Assembly: GCA_024679065.1 (NCBI GenBank)
Contig: JAGIQG010000009.1
Span: 81,654,001-81,718,000 of the forward strand
Reading direction: 5' to 3'
Length of the DNA stretch: 64,000 nucleotides
Source of the DNA: Sphyrna mokarran
Taxonomy: Eukaryota
Part shown: piece after piece, positions 24,003-37,275 of the stretch
Numbering within the stretch: position 1 is the stretch's first letter
Layout of the letters: each line of letters starts with the position of its first letter
Translations under genes and position numbers: made by a program
Notes under the pieces: generated by a model
Seen by the model: only the letters and a program-made list of their open reading frames with translations
What the model was told of the DNA's origin: nothing
The model's database searches: none

Positions 24003-25840
24003 ATCAATGACACATCAGCAGAAGATTGGATTCAAATCCAATGATCAATCATTTGAAAATGATCAGTTTGATCTGGAATCTCTTGAATGACAAGATTGAA
24101 AACAGAAAAGAACCTGAAAGTTGCTGGGATTTAACCATCACAATTACAATTCTCCATCCCATATTCGCCACCTTCCCCTTGACCTTCCCCTCTCACACGG
24201 TCTCACTACTCCCATAGTTTCAACAAGTAACTCTTGGTGATGGACATTGAAGTCCCCACCCAGAGTACATTCTGTGTCCTTCCCACCCTCAGTGCTTCCT
24301 CCAAGTGGTGTTCAACATGGAGGAGAACTGATTCATCAGCTGAGGGGGGGTCGGTATGTGGTAACCAGAGGAGGTTTCCTTGTGTGTGTTTGACTTGGTA
24401 CCCAGTGACAGCATGGAGTCGGGAATGTTGTTGAGGATTCCCAGGATAACTCCCTCCTGACTGTATCCCACTGTGCCTTCTGTGCTGGGAGATTGGAGGT
24501 AGTGAACACAGTTCACCGTTTTCTCCCGTCTCAGTAACAAACATCCAACTGCTCGAACTGGTACAGTAAAACGGTATTGAACGTTTCCTGGTGACAGATG
24601 TAGTGAGTGAGAGGGAAAAATTTAGATTGGGGACTCAAAATGTCACTCAGTGAATTTTTCAAATAATTAGAAAGAAGAAAATGAATTACTTTGCTGCAAG
24701 TTATTAAAGCTTTCATCCAGGAGAGGAGTGAGAGAGAGGAGAGAAAGACAGAAGCACAGAGAGAGAGAGAGACAGAGTGAGAGAGTGACAGAGCGAGAGG
24801 GTTTCCCTCGGGGAGTTCCTGAGCAGTGACGGGCAGGGACTGAGGAAATGGGAGTTTCAGCTGTTTAGATTGTTCCTGTCGGTGTCAGTCTCCAAGATTC
24901 CTCCCACCCCCTCCACTGCTAGTGTTTTTATTTCTTTTGAGTCTGAAAGTTTAATGTTGTTCAGATAATTGTTCCCGTCTCAGTAACAAATATTCGGCTG
25001 CTTCTTTCACTTCCTCTGTTGGTTACATTTCAATCTTCCAATCTGACAGTCTTTGGGAAAATATTTCAAAATATCTATCCCCCAATCCATGTTTTGAAAT
25101 ATTTTCCCAAATTTTTGACTGTTGGGTTTTTAGTTCCTGCCATTATAATTTTGACATTATTTTCCAAAGGGAATTCCTCTAATTCTGTGCAATGTTCAGA
25201 TGAAAAGAAGAACGAAAGGATCCAAGGCTGCTCCAGAGGCAGATTAGCTGCACCCAACGTTGTCCGTGCAAGTCACATTCATAAGGAGGGACTCATCTGC
25301 CATGGAATGTGAGAGAAGAGTTGCCAATACAAACTTCTTTTCACTGTGGTTGATTTCCCAGATTTCATAATCTCCTTGAATCTTATTTCCAACCAAGTTC
25401 CACCACGGGGACAATTCTTCCAAGTTCCCCACAAGACTGAACATTTGAGTAGCTGGCTCATGGTTACAGGGGCAAACAGCTCACTAATTGCTCACTAGGA
25501 CACTGTAGTTTAATTACCTTTCCCATAGATAATTAGGCAGCACAAAGAAGATGCTACATTATTTCAAAATATATATAAGCATACGGGCTCACTGCAGTGA
25601 TAATACCGGGCTCGGATCAGTATTATTCCTGGGTCTGGCCCTTAGGCTCCAATTTGTAAAATCGGGCCCAGAGTGAACTCTTTGCAACAACAACTTAAAC
25701 TTTCAGATTGCTGAATCCATTCCCCCCTCGAGCAGAATGGACCTTGTGTTTTTATTTCCAGAGAATCACAAATGGAACAACATTGCCAGCAACATTTAGA
25801 AGATTTTTATTCCCACACCATAGTCATGGTTTAGAACCAA

Positions 25841-26160
25841 GTGGCACAGTGGTTAACACTGCTGTCTAACAGCTCCAAGGACCTGGTTGATTCCCGGTTT
25901 GGATCACTGTGGAATTTGCACATTCTCCCCGTGTCTGCATGGATTTTCTTTGGGTGCTCCAGGTTCCTTCCACAGTCAAAGATATGTGGGTTAGGTTGAT
26001 TGGCAATGCTAAATTGCCCCTTAGTGTCCCAGGATGTGGAGGTTAGAGAGATTAGTGAGGTAAATGTGTGGGGTCATAGGGATAGGACGTGGGATGGGAT
26101 TGTTGATGGTGTAGATTCGATGGGCCAAATGGACTTCTTCTGCATGATAGGGATTCTGTG
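25841..26160 (+). mobile_element. HE1-like SINE (paralogue at ~55772-56092)
   Basis: GTGGCACAGTGGTTAACACTGCTG head, V-type core, CR1-like tail GATGGGCCAAATGG. Confidence 0.8.
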
Positions 26161-26869
26161 GAAAATGATTTAACCCTTTCAGGACCACTGTCATTTTCTA
26201 CTTGGGGACAGGAGATCTGATATGGACACACAGATCAATAAGAATCTGACCTTTCAGCAAGTGAACTTTGAGATACAAAGATGTTATCGAAGATAAAGAA
26301 TATGTGTTAATAAACATGTGGGGCTTTCAATCTGGATACAAAGCTACACACATCAGGAAGAGGGACTTTCAATTTTGATCGTGGAAATTATAATTCTTAC
26401 AAAGTTTAAAGGTTCAGGTTTGAGTCCTGATAATGTTCTCAACAGGAAATGTTTATTTTCAAAGATTTGACAACAATTGACACAAATCCAAATGCTGAAA
26501 GCTTCTGTGCTGAAAGAAGAGTTTAAAATGTGTTTGTCTCTTCACAAAATATAAACCCAAAAGTTTAATGGATGCAATTTGTAGCAGGTTAAAGAAGGTG
26601 GCTCAACAATAAAACTATTCGGATCTAGAATCATTTTGTAATCACCAGCAACAATCTCCAGAGTTACTTTTGAGACAATAGAATGTTGTTTGAGGTGTTA
26701 AGACCCACACTGATGTTAAATGTGAAAGGATCTCAAAGCTCAGAATGGGAACATGGAACACTGGTTCTCAGTGCTGTAGATTTTCACTTTAGTATCCTGT
26801 GAGAAAAGTGTGTGAACCAGGGAGAAATAGTCCAGTCTTTGTGTGAACAATTAATACAGAATATTCATT

Positions 26870-27752
26870 CATAGAACATGGAACATAGAACACTACAGCA
26901 CAAACAGGCCCTTCGGCCCATAAGTGGTGCCGATCATATCTATACTTACCAGGCCATAGAATTATCTATAACTCCCAATCCCATTAAATCCCATGTACTC
27001 AGCCAGAAGTCTCTTAAAAGACCCCAGCGATTTCGCCTCTACCACCACTGACAGCAACCGATTCCATTCACTCATCATCCTCTGAGTGAAAAACTTAGCT
27101 CTAACATCTCCTCTGTACTTGCCCCCCAGCACCTTAAACCTGTATCCTCTCGTCGTGACCATTTCATCCCTGGGAAATACCATCCAAGAATCCACTCTAT
27201 CTATTCCTCTCAACATCTTATAAACCTCTATCAGGTCACCTCTCAACCTTCGTCTTTCCAGGGAAAAGAGACCTAGCTCTCTCAACCTATCTTCATAAGG
27301 CATGTCCCCCAATCCAGGCAACATCCTTGTAAATCTCCTCTGCACCCTCTCAATAACTTCCACGTCCTTCCTATAGTGAGGTGACCAGAACTGCACACAA
27401 TACTCCAAGTGGGGTCTGACAAGGGTCTTATAAAGTTGCAGCATTACCTCCTGACTCCTAAACTCAATTCCTCTATTAATGAAGGCTAGTACACCATATG
27501 CCTTCTTGACCACATCCTCCACTTGCGGGGCGGATTTTACAGACCTATGGACCCGGACCCAAGATCCTTCTGCTCCTCAACACTGCCAAGACTCCTACCA
27601 TTGATATTATACTCCTTCATCCCATTGGTCCTGCCAAAATGGACCACCACACATTTATCCGCGTTGAAGTCCATCTGCCACTTCTCCGCCCAGTCTTGCA
27701 TCCTATCTATGTCTCGCTGCAACTTCAGACATCCCTCCAGACTATCCACAAC
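26870..27752 (-). mobile_element. CR1-clade LINE 3' fragment, shared with unit B (56805-57640)
   Basis: RT C-terminal ORFs, AGAACAT tail repeats. Confidence 0.9.
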
Positions 27753-28389
27753 ATTTTAAGAGGAAACAAAACACACAAACTCTATAATACACGACAATGC
27801 ATTTAACTATATGCATGAACTCAGGGCTAGACACACACACTATTACATGAAGCTCCCCCTTTCTCCTCAATCACCTCTGTTTCCTGAACATTGAGGTTTC
27901 CCTTTGTTCCAAAACAATATCCAATACTCTGTAACTCTAAGCTAAATCCAGTGAATAATTATCCCACACAGGTTATATGGCAGCATTCAGGATCCCTGAC
28001 TCCTTTACGGTGACAAACTCTCGTCGTGTGGGTCGGACCCTCACTGGTTATGTATTCAGTCCAAGGTGGGACAGAATGTTAAACATCGACACTAGCCCAG
28101 ACCGAATGTCTCGGGTTGCAGTGGAGAGAACCCTGATCACAACCAGAAAGTTTCTGGAACAAAGCAATCGAACAATCCCAAGGGGAAGGGGGCAGGTGAA
28201 CCTGGACAGAGGAAAGAGCAGGAAAGTGGAGGATTCAGTGAGAAATGGAGGGGAGATGGTGAGATTGCAGAAGAAATGGAGGGAAGTAGGGAGGGTGACA
28301 GCAGCTGGTGAAACTGTTGGAGTTGAATAGTTAGTGTGTGTATTTGATGTTCTGAGAGACTGTTGCTATCCAAAGTGGTAGAGATGCTG

Positions 28390-31350
28390 ATTGTAATAAG
28401 TGGAGGAGACTGGATTTGGAAATAACTAACTAAAGGCTTTATTGATGAGAAAAACTATTTCCAATGAAGGGTTTAACAACACAAGCAGACATGTCTATTA
28501 CCAACAACATCCTGACTCTAACTGAAGCCTCCAGTCCCAGGAATGATCACCCTCACTCCCGATTGGCCCAGGTTCACATCCTCACAGGCCATTGGATCAG
28601 GTCTGGTCATGTGGCCTGTGAAGGATTGCCCGTTAAAGGGGCCAGGCTCACACACTCCTTCCCCTGGAACATCTTGGACTCCCTGTGATCAAACAAAAAG
28701 TACAACAGTTAACACACAGGCAGAGAAACAACAATATTACAGGAGGGACACCAGGGAAAGACAGTTCATAATGTCAGCTGGTCCAGAGATTTCTGGAACC
28801 TTGCAGAACGCTGCAACTCTATCAGGGGCACTTCAACAGCCATTGATACAGGATCCACTGATGGGATGGATGTGCGAACCATCTCTGGAGCTAGGCCCTG
28901 GGCAGCTCCTTTTCTCTGCCTCACCCACCCAAGCCAGACGCTGCCTTGGCCACACGATGGACATGGAATTGTCTTGTTCAGAGGCTGGTACACACAAACT
29001 GGTTACGGGGCCCAATTGCTCATCTCCTGGAGCTTGCTCTAGTCTCTTGCATAGGTAACCAATATGTTCCTTAACTCCACAGCCCTGTGTCTCCCCCAAA
29101 TATGAGACTGGTCCTATCTTCTCCACAACTGGGTCCACCATCCAAATTCCCACTCAACATGAGGTTGCCATCATTAAACAATCTGTGCCCTTTCTGAGAG
29201 TCACGATACCCTTTCTGAGAGGCTCGCTGAGTCTCCATCCTCCCCAACAAATTTGGGAACAATAAATCCAAACAGATACACAGGCACCGACCCAATAACA
29301 ACTCTGTGGATGTGACCTCGACATGACCCCAGTGATGGTGTGAGGTGTAGTGTTGTAGGACAGCAAATAACTGGCCAATCGCAAAGGCAGCGGTCCATGA
29401 ACCTGCTTCACATGGAGCCTTGAACATCAGCATGGCTCCATCAACCCATTCGAGGCAGAATGGTCGGGGGCTGGCCTGACATGACAAATGTCATTAGACT
29501 TGACCAAAGTCTGAGATTCATCAGCGTGAATGCTGCTCCGTTGTCTGATAGCAACACTTCAGGAAGACCACGGATCACAAAGATCTGCCTCAGTTTATTG
29601 ATGGTAAATGGAGGATGTGATGGGATCTCATGAGCTGATCGTCCAGTCACTTGGAAGAGGCATCGACTAACACGAGGAACATCTGTCCAAAACCTACATG
29701 AAGCCGTGACCAAGAGAGCATGTTCACTGATGGAGGTAACACTTGCTGAGTCGGACAACTCTCACACTGCCCAACCATTTGTTCAATGTCTCTGTTAATA
29801 CCATAACTTCTGACCAACACTTTCATTCTACTCTGGCCAGGGTGGGCATCATGTAACTCTTGGAGCAGTGGCCATGCCCAGAGGGTTGTATGCTGACACA
29901 GACCTCCCCCACAATAGCACCTCCTCTTCACAGGGTATCTGGTCCCTGCAATGTAAATACTACTTCATTAGCTGTGCCTTGTCAAAGTCCCACCCAGTCA
30001 GTACCATTTTCTTGCCCTTTGCTGACACCAGATCCCTATCTATCCACATCTGAATGTGGGCTGCTGAGACAGGCAGGGTGTCCAAATAATGCAGAGCCAA
30101 TACTATCTCCTGTGGAACAGGCAGTGACGGTATGGTCTGTTTAGTGCCAGCAGCAATGCCCATCTCTGCACCCTGGCAGAGGCAATAGGTGGCACTGGCT
30201 TAATGTCCTGGAAAAGCCCCAACAATGGCTTATGGTCTGACATGATGGTGAAATGCCGCCCATAGACATATTGGTGAAACTTTTCACTGTGTGGATAATT
30301 GCTGGGCTTTCTGTGTCAATTTGTGAGTACATTTTGTCAACATTTAACGAAGTCCTCGAAGAAAATGAATTTCGCCTCTTCATCCCATCTGCCATTCTAT
30401 GGGACAGAATTGGTCCAACAGAAACAGAGATGACAAGGGATCATGGATAGAAGTGGGAACATTGAAGTGGCAGCATGGACTTGTTGGGTCGAAGGGCTTG
30501 TTTCCCGTGCTGTTTTGTTCTTTGTTCTTTGTATTGACCTTAGTCACTCTGACACTAAGGAGAAATTTAGCATGGCCAATCAGTCTAACTGCACATCATT
30601 GGACTGTGGGAGGTTAATTCCAGGCAACCAGACATAACTACTGGCCATCACTTCTCCTCCTCTTCTCCACTTCTCCTCTGGCCAATTTGAGTCTCATGTA
30701 ACTTTTGGAGCAGTGGCCATTGCACAATGGGTAATACCATGAAACTGACACCCTACAATAGCGCTTCATCTTCACGGGGTATCTGGTCCCTGCAATGTAA
30801 ATACAGCTTCATTTGCTCTGCCTTGTCAAAGTACGTCCCGATCAGTATCATTTTCTTGCCCTTTGCTAACACCAGCTCCCTATCTGTCCACATCTGAATG
30901 TGGGCTGCTGAGACAGGCAGGGTGTCCAAATAATGCAGAGCCAATACTATCTCCTGTGGAACAGGCAGTGACGGTATGGTCTGTGCTAGCGGCAGGCGGC
31001 TCAATGCATCTGCATTTGAGATCTGTGTTCCCGACCTATGCTGGAAGGTTTAGCTGTTTAGTGCCAGCAGCAATGCCCATCTCTGCACCCTGGCAGAGGC
31101 AATAGGTGGCACTGGCTTAATGTCCTGGAAAAGCCCCAACAATGGCTTATGGTCTGACATGATGGTGAAATGCCGCCCATAGACATATTGGTGAAACTTT
31201 TCACTGTGTGGATAACTGCTGGGCTTTCTGTGTCAATTTGTGAGGAGATTTTCTCAACGCCTGACAAAGTCCTCAAAGCAAATGAATTTAGCCTCTCCAT
31301 TCCATCCTCCAGTCTATGGGATAGAATTGCTCCAAGTCCAATTTGTGTCA
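28390..31350 (-). mobile_element. Decayed Ty3/Gypsy-type LTR retroelement pol remnants (integrase, RNase H), partly duplicated internally
   Basis: LHDAHPGQSRMK..CESC (HHCC), SDNGAAFT, GLGAILSH..FALRTLS. Further remnants at ~33010-33800, 420-1200, 58230-59925 and 61430-62230. Ends approximate. Confidence 0.75.
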
Positions 31351-31895
31351 TAGAGTTACACAGTACGGAATCAGGCTCTTCGGCTCACCATGTCTATGCT
31401 GACCATCCAATACCAATCTATACTAATCCCATTTACCTGCTCCCGTATTCGAACTCTGGCTAATGAAGGCAAGCATTCCAATTGCCTTCTTCATCGCACT
31501 CTCTCTCTGTAATGCAACCTTCAGGGATCCATGGATTTGTAAACCAAAGTCCCTTTGTTCTTCAATTCTCCCTCAGGACCCACCATTCATTGTGTATATC
31601 CTACCTTTACTAAATCTCCCAAAATGCAGCACCTCACCCTTATCAGGATTAAATTCCATGTTTCATTGCTCTGTTCACCTATCCCATCCCCAAAATGCTC
31701 ACCCCACTGACACTTCAACAGCTTGCGCGGATTCATTCCTAACGATTAGGTCGAGCACGGTCCATCCTGAGTTGGATTATCTATCTCCTGACAGAAAAAG
31801 CTCTCTTGGAATCACTTCCAAAATTCCACCCTGTCTGAACATTTCACACTCAGGTGATTCTATTAATATTGGTGAAGTTGAAATCCACGACTATT

Positions 31896-32506
31896 ATAGA
31901 ACATAGAACATAGAACATTACAGCACAGAACAGGCCCTTCGGCCTTCGATGTTGTGCCGACCAAAATAAAAAGCAATGCCACTCCAAACTAAACCATTCC
32001 CTTCTCTTCCATATACTTATCAATTAACCTCTTAAACGCCACAAACTTGGCGCATCTACAACAGCTGCAGGCAGGGCATTCCACTCCCTAATCACTCTTT
32101 GAGTAAAGAACCTACCTCTGATATCCGTCCTATAACTCATACCCCTTAATTTAAAGCTGTGTCCCCTCGTGCTAGCTTTCTCAATCCTAGGAAAAAGGCT
32201 ATCACTGTCCACCCTATCTAAACCTCTAATCATCTTATATGTTTCGATTAGGTCCCCTCTTAGCCGCCTCCTTTCTAACGAAAACAACCTCAAATCCCTC
32301 AGCCTCTCCTCATAAGACCTGCCCTCCATACCAGGAAACATCCTGGTAAACCTCCTCTGTACCCTCTCCAATGCCTCCACATCTTTCTTATCATGTGGCG
32401 ACCAGAACTGCACACAATACTCCAAGTGCGGCCGCACTAGAGTTTTGTACAGTTGCAACATGATGCTGCGGCTCCTAAATTCAATCCCCCTACCAATAAA
32501 AGCTAA
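31896..32506 (-). mobile_element. Young CR1 3' fragment
   Basis: ORF 32024-32461; tail repeats; absent at ~60300. Confidence 0.9.
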
Positions 32507-35500
32507 AATCCTTATATCCTTATTTCTCTCACACCTCTCTCTGTGATTTGCCTACATATCTGCTCCTCTATCTCCCTCTGAGAGTTGGGAACGCTGTGTT
32601 TTAATCCCATACAATGATTGCTCTTTATATTTCTCAGCTCCACCCATATGGCCTCATTTGAAGCGCGTTCCAACACATTGTGCCTCATTATTGCAGTGAT
32701 GGTCTCTTTAATCTCTTACATCCTCTCTTACATCTCCCCCAATCACACCTTGAATTTCTATATCCTGGAATGTCGAGATTCCAGTCCAGTTCTTCTTTCA
32801 ATCATATCTCAGTGATTACAACAATCTCATATTTCCCTGTGCTGACCAAATCTCTTAAGTTCATCTGCCTGGCCAGACAGGCTCCTTGTTTTAAAATAGA
32901 TGCTGTTTAGCCTTCCAATCCTCCCATGTGCCTTATCAAGCCCAAGTCTTCTCTGCCTGCTGGACTCACCGACTTTTCCTTCTATATCTGACTGAACCTC
33001 ACTCCCAACTGTCCATCTACTGTGTGTTCATCCCCCACAAAGTATGGCGAGGCCACAAATGATTCCGAATGGTTTGCTTCGGGTCAAAGTGCACAAGCAA
33101 TGACGATGATGGGAAAGCTGTTTTGACTTTTACTAAAGTTTCTTTCTGTGTCTCTCCACAATTCCATCCCTGATGATTGTTTAAAAGCTCAGGGGGGTGG
33201 GGTGGGCAATGCAGAATTGATGCTGAGTTCAGCAGGACCCTTCTAATTGAGGAAGTCATTGGGAAGCTGGCGATCGGGCAGGAGGCCGACAATTGGGGGG
33301 ATAAGGGGGTGGCAGCCATTGGGAAGGCATTCAGTTGGGGAAGGGGAGTAGTGGTGGAGGTTGGTATCGGTGATTGGAGGGAGAGTTGTGGAAGGCATCA
33401 GGGGCTGGCAACTGGGCAAAGAGGGATGGGGTTGGGCATGGGGAGTCAGGGCCAGTGATTGGGGGGAGGTTGGGACGCCAGTCGATTCAGGAAAGTGAGA
33501 TTCGGTTGAGGGGGTCAGGGCCTGTGATCGGGGGAGTTGCGAATTAGATTGGAGAAGATATCGCAAGGCAGGGATGAGGGAGTGTTGATCCTGGCTTCAC
33601 GGGTGGGATTAACCCCATCCACAGGTGTAAATCCCTGGCAGATATTGTGAAATACCGAGTGCTGGCATTTCACTGAGTAAATATGCCCAGAAAATGGTGG
33701 GAAAATGTCCTGTTTTCCAGCCGCAATGGGCACTTAGTTTTTCAGAAAATTTGCCCCATCTTTTCAAGGAAGTAATGGACAAACTATACATTGGACATGA
33801 CCCACTAATAACACTCTGTTTACCTTCAACTCATTGTTTAACCTCCAGCCCATCTCCTGTTCCAATCCACATGTTTCAGTCAAGGAGTCAGATAGATCTA
33901 CAACAGAGGAGGAGCCATTCAGCCCCTCATTTCTGTACTAGCTATTTAACTAGAGTCAATCATAGCTAACAGCTCAATTTAATGTGTGTTGTGGGAAAGT
34001 GACTGGAATGTTTTATTAGAGACAGAACGAGTGAGAAAAATGAACTGATCAGAAAGAGTCAACACGGATTTCAAAACAGTCAGACATGTTCACCTAAACT
34101 GTTTACGTTTGTTAATGAGTCACCAGTGTGCTCGATAAAGGCATGTTCTGTATGTTATTTCTTTGTATTCCTAGAAGACATCTGGGAAAGTTCTATATAA
34201 GAGGCTGTGAATAAAAATGGAAGCATATGGAATTTGAGGAAAGCTTTTGCCATGAATAAGGAATTGGTTCGGAGACAGGAGACCGAGAGTAGGAATAATA
34301 TGTGTGGGTTTTCCAATCAGCAAGCTGTGAATAGTGATGTCCCCAGGGATCAGTGCTGAAGCCTTAGTTTTTCACTATATTTGTCAATGACTTGGACGAA
34401 GGAATAGAGAGTTAAGTATCCAAGATTACTGAGCACACTAAATGAGGCAGCTTGGAGGAGGTTACAGAGATAGGGAGAGTGCAGGACAGAGAGGGATTTG
34501 AGAGGCAGAATGAGAATGTTAAAATCAGGGCATTGCTGGACCGGGGATCAGTGTAGGTCAGTGAGAACAGGGGGTGACGGGTGAACGGGATTTGGTGTGA
34601 GTTCAGATCCGGGCAGCAGAGTTTTGGGTGAGCTGATGATTACAGAGGGTGGTAGGTGTGAGGTCGACCAGGACAGCATTGGAATAGTAACGTTCAGAGG
34701 GAACAAAGACACGGATGAGATTTTCAGCAGAAAGTGATGTGAGACAGGAGGACTCGGGAGATGTTATCGAGGAGGAAATACGTGTTCTTAGTGATGGAGT
34801 GGATGATGTGGTGGGAAAGTCATCTCAGGGTCAAATAGGACACCATGGGGGTGGACTGTGTGGTTCAGTGTCAGACACTCCAAAGGGAAAGGGATGGAGT
34901 TTGTATCGGGAGCTGAAGACCATGTCTTTGATCTTCCCAATGTGTTTCCCAGTGAGCCTGGCTCCTCAGTCCTGACTGCTCTGAGCTGTTGTTCTTTTCA
35001 CTGATTGGACAGTTATTGTTAGAGATTCAGACCACAGCACAAATCCCCAGTGTCAAAAATAACTGCAAAGACTGTCAGATCGGAAGATTGAAACGTAACC
35101 AACAGAGGAAGTGAAAGAAGGAGCTCAGAGCAGCTGGATGTTTGTTACTGAGACGGGAGAAAATGGTGAATCGTGTTCACTACCTCCAATCTCCCAGCAC
35201 TGAAGGCACAGTGGGATACAGTCAGGAGGGAGTTATCCTGGGACATCACTGCAGGAATTCCTCAGGGCCGTGTCTGAGACACAACCATCTTCAGCTGCTT
35301 CAGTAATGACCTTCAGAAGTGGGGATGTTCACTGATGATTGCACAATGCTCAGCACCATTCACAACTCCTCAGATATTGAAGCAGTAACATTCATGCCAC
35401 ATCAGTACCACGGAATCACCATCCCCAACAAGAGAGAATTTTAACATCTCCCCTTGACATTCAATGTCATTACCATCGCTGAATCCCCCACTGTAAAATC

Positions 35501-36952
35501 CTGTTGGTTATGATTGACCGGAAACTGAACTGGACCAGCCTATAAATACTGTGGCTACAAGACAAGGTCAGTGGATAGGAATCCTGCAGCGAGTAACTCA
35601 CATCCTGAATCTCCAAAGCCTCTCCACCATCTACAAGGCACAAGTCTGGAGTGTGATGGAATACTCTCCACTTGTCTGGATGAGAAGAGCTCCAGCAACA
35701 CTCAAAAAGCTCAATATCATCCAGAACAAAGCAGCCCCACTTGATTTGCACCCCATTCACAAACATTAAATCCCTCCACCACTGTCGAACAGTGGCAGCA
35801 GTGTGTGCCATCTATAAGATGCCCTGCATGAACTCACCAAGGTTCCTGAGGTAGCACCTTCGAAACCCATGACCACTATCATCTGGAAAGACAAGTGTAG
35901 CAGATCCCTGGGATCAACATCACCAGGAGATTCCCCTCCAAGCCACATGCCATTCTGAAATGGAAATACATCTCTGTTCATGCACTGTCGCTGGGTCAGA
36001 ATCCTGGAAATCCCTCCCTAACAGCACTGTGGGTGTGTGTACACCTCATGGACTGCAGCACTTCAAGAAGGCAGTTCATCACCACATTCTCAAGGGCAAT
36101 TAGGGATGGGCAATAAATGTTGGGACAGCCAGCGACACCCACATCCCATCAATGCATACATTTTTAATAATTCCTACTTTACACAATGTCCCATTCTGTG
36201 TGTTGAAGTCTGGATCCTGTCAGCAGGATATTTGACTGCAAGATCCTTCACCACTGTGTCTAATTCTGTCCGTAACCAAAACCCACACAGAACCTGAATT
36301 TATATAGCACCTTAGTGTATAACATAGCCCATTATGTTTCACAGAGCAGCATAAGAGGAATGGGGAGGGGCTGGGGGTAGTTTAGGAAGAGAGATCGAAG
36401 GCTTGGCTGAAAGGATGGAGTTTGATGGGGAGAATGATTTGGAGAGGGGGAGGGATTAAGGGTGGGAGAACAGATAGCAGGACCTGGGCGTCTGTCAATG
36501 ATGGGATGAAGGAAGCAGCGATGGGCCAAGGAGTAGAATCAACAGATGGAAGGTGAGGGAGAAATGTGAATCTGGAGCAGGAATACAGGGGTGGGGAGGA
36601 GTGAGGCCCTGGAGGGAATTGGAGGACAGTGAGGTCAGGGGTGACAGGTCAGTGAGGTCAGGGGTAAAAGGGAAATGAAGTCAGGGGTGATAGATCACAG
36701 AAGTGGGGTGCTGTTGGAACAACACTTGGTGTGAGACAGAGTCTGGACCTACTACATTTGGGACAAGCTGAGGTTTATGGAGTGTGGATAAGGAGAGCTG
36801 GGAAGGGATATTGGAATAACAGAGTGAGGAGGTGGGACATGCGGGGATAAGGGTTACTGTGCTTAAGGGTACGATGTAGTGTACAGACGCATAATGTTAT
36901 GGAAATAAGAGGCTGATGTCAGGGAAAGAATGTAGAGTTTGAAGATCAGCTA

Positions 36953-37275
36953 CTAGAGGCTCCAGTGGGAAGGAGGCCCATGTTTACTGGTCCCTACTGG
37001 AGGCTCCAGTGGGAAGGAGGGCCATGTTTACTGGTCCCTATTGGAGGCTCCAGTGGGAAGGAGGCCCATGTTTACTGGTCCCTATTGGAGGCTCCGATGG
37101 GAAGGAGGCTCATGTTTATTGGTCCCTATTGAAGGCTCCAGTGGGAAGGAGGCCCATGTTTACTGTTCCCTATTGGAGGTTCCAGTGGGAAGGAGGCCCA
37201 TGTTTACTGTTCCCTATTGGAGGCTCCAATGGCAAGGAGGCCCACATTTACTGGTCCCTATTGGAGGCTCCAGTG
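36953..37275 (+). repeat. 44-bp minisatellite, about 7 copies
   Basis: Unit GGAGGCTCCAGTGGGAAGGAGGCCCATGTTTACTGGTCCCTATT; only ~1.5 copies at 5810-5875. Confidence 0.92.

Larger units (their letters stand above)
101..32688 (+). repeat. Segmental tandem repeat unit A (Ig light-chain cluster 1 plus flanks)
   Basis: Colinear homology with 32689-61103 and 61104-64000. The anchor TATTGCAGTGATGGTCTCTTTAATCTC occurs at 101, 32689 and 61104. Boundaries are arbitrary phase points. Confidence 0.9.

Noticed and set aside
27977-28330. 117-aa ORF kept open in both units (also 57821-58174)
   Set aside because: No recognisable domain; retention is explained by recent duplication; probably the antisense of an old LINE fragment.
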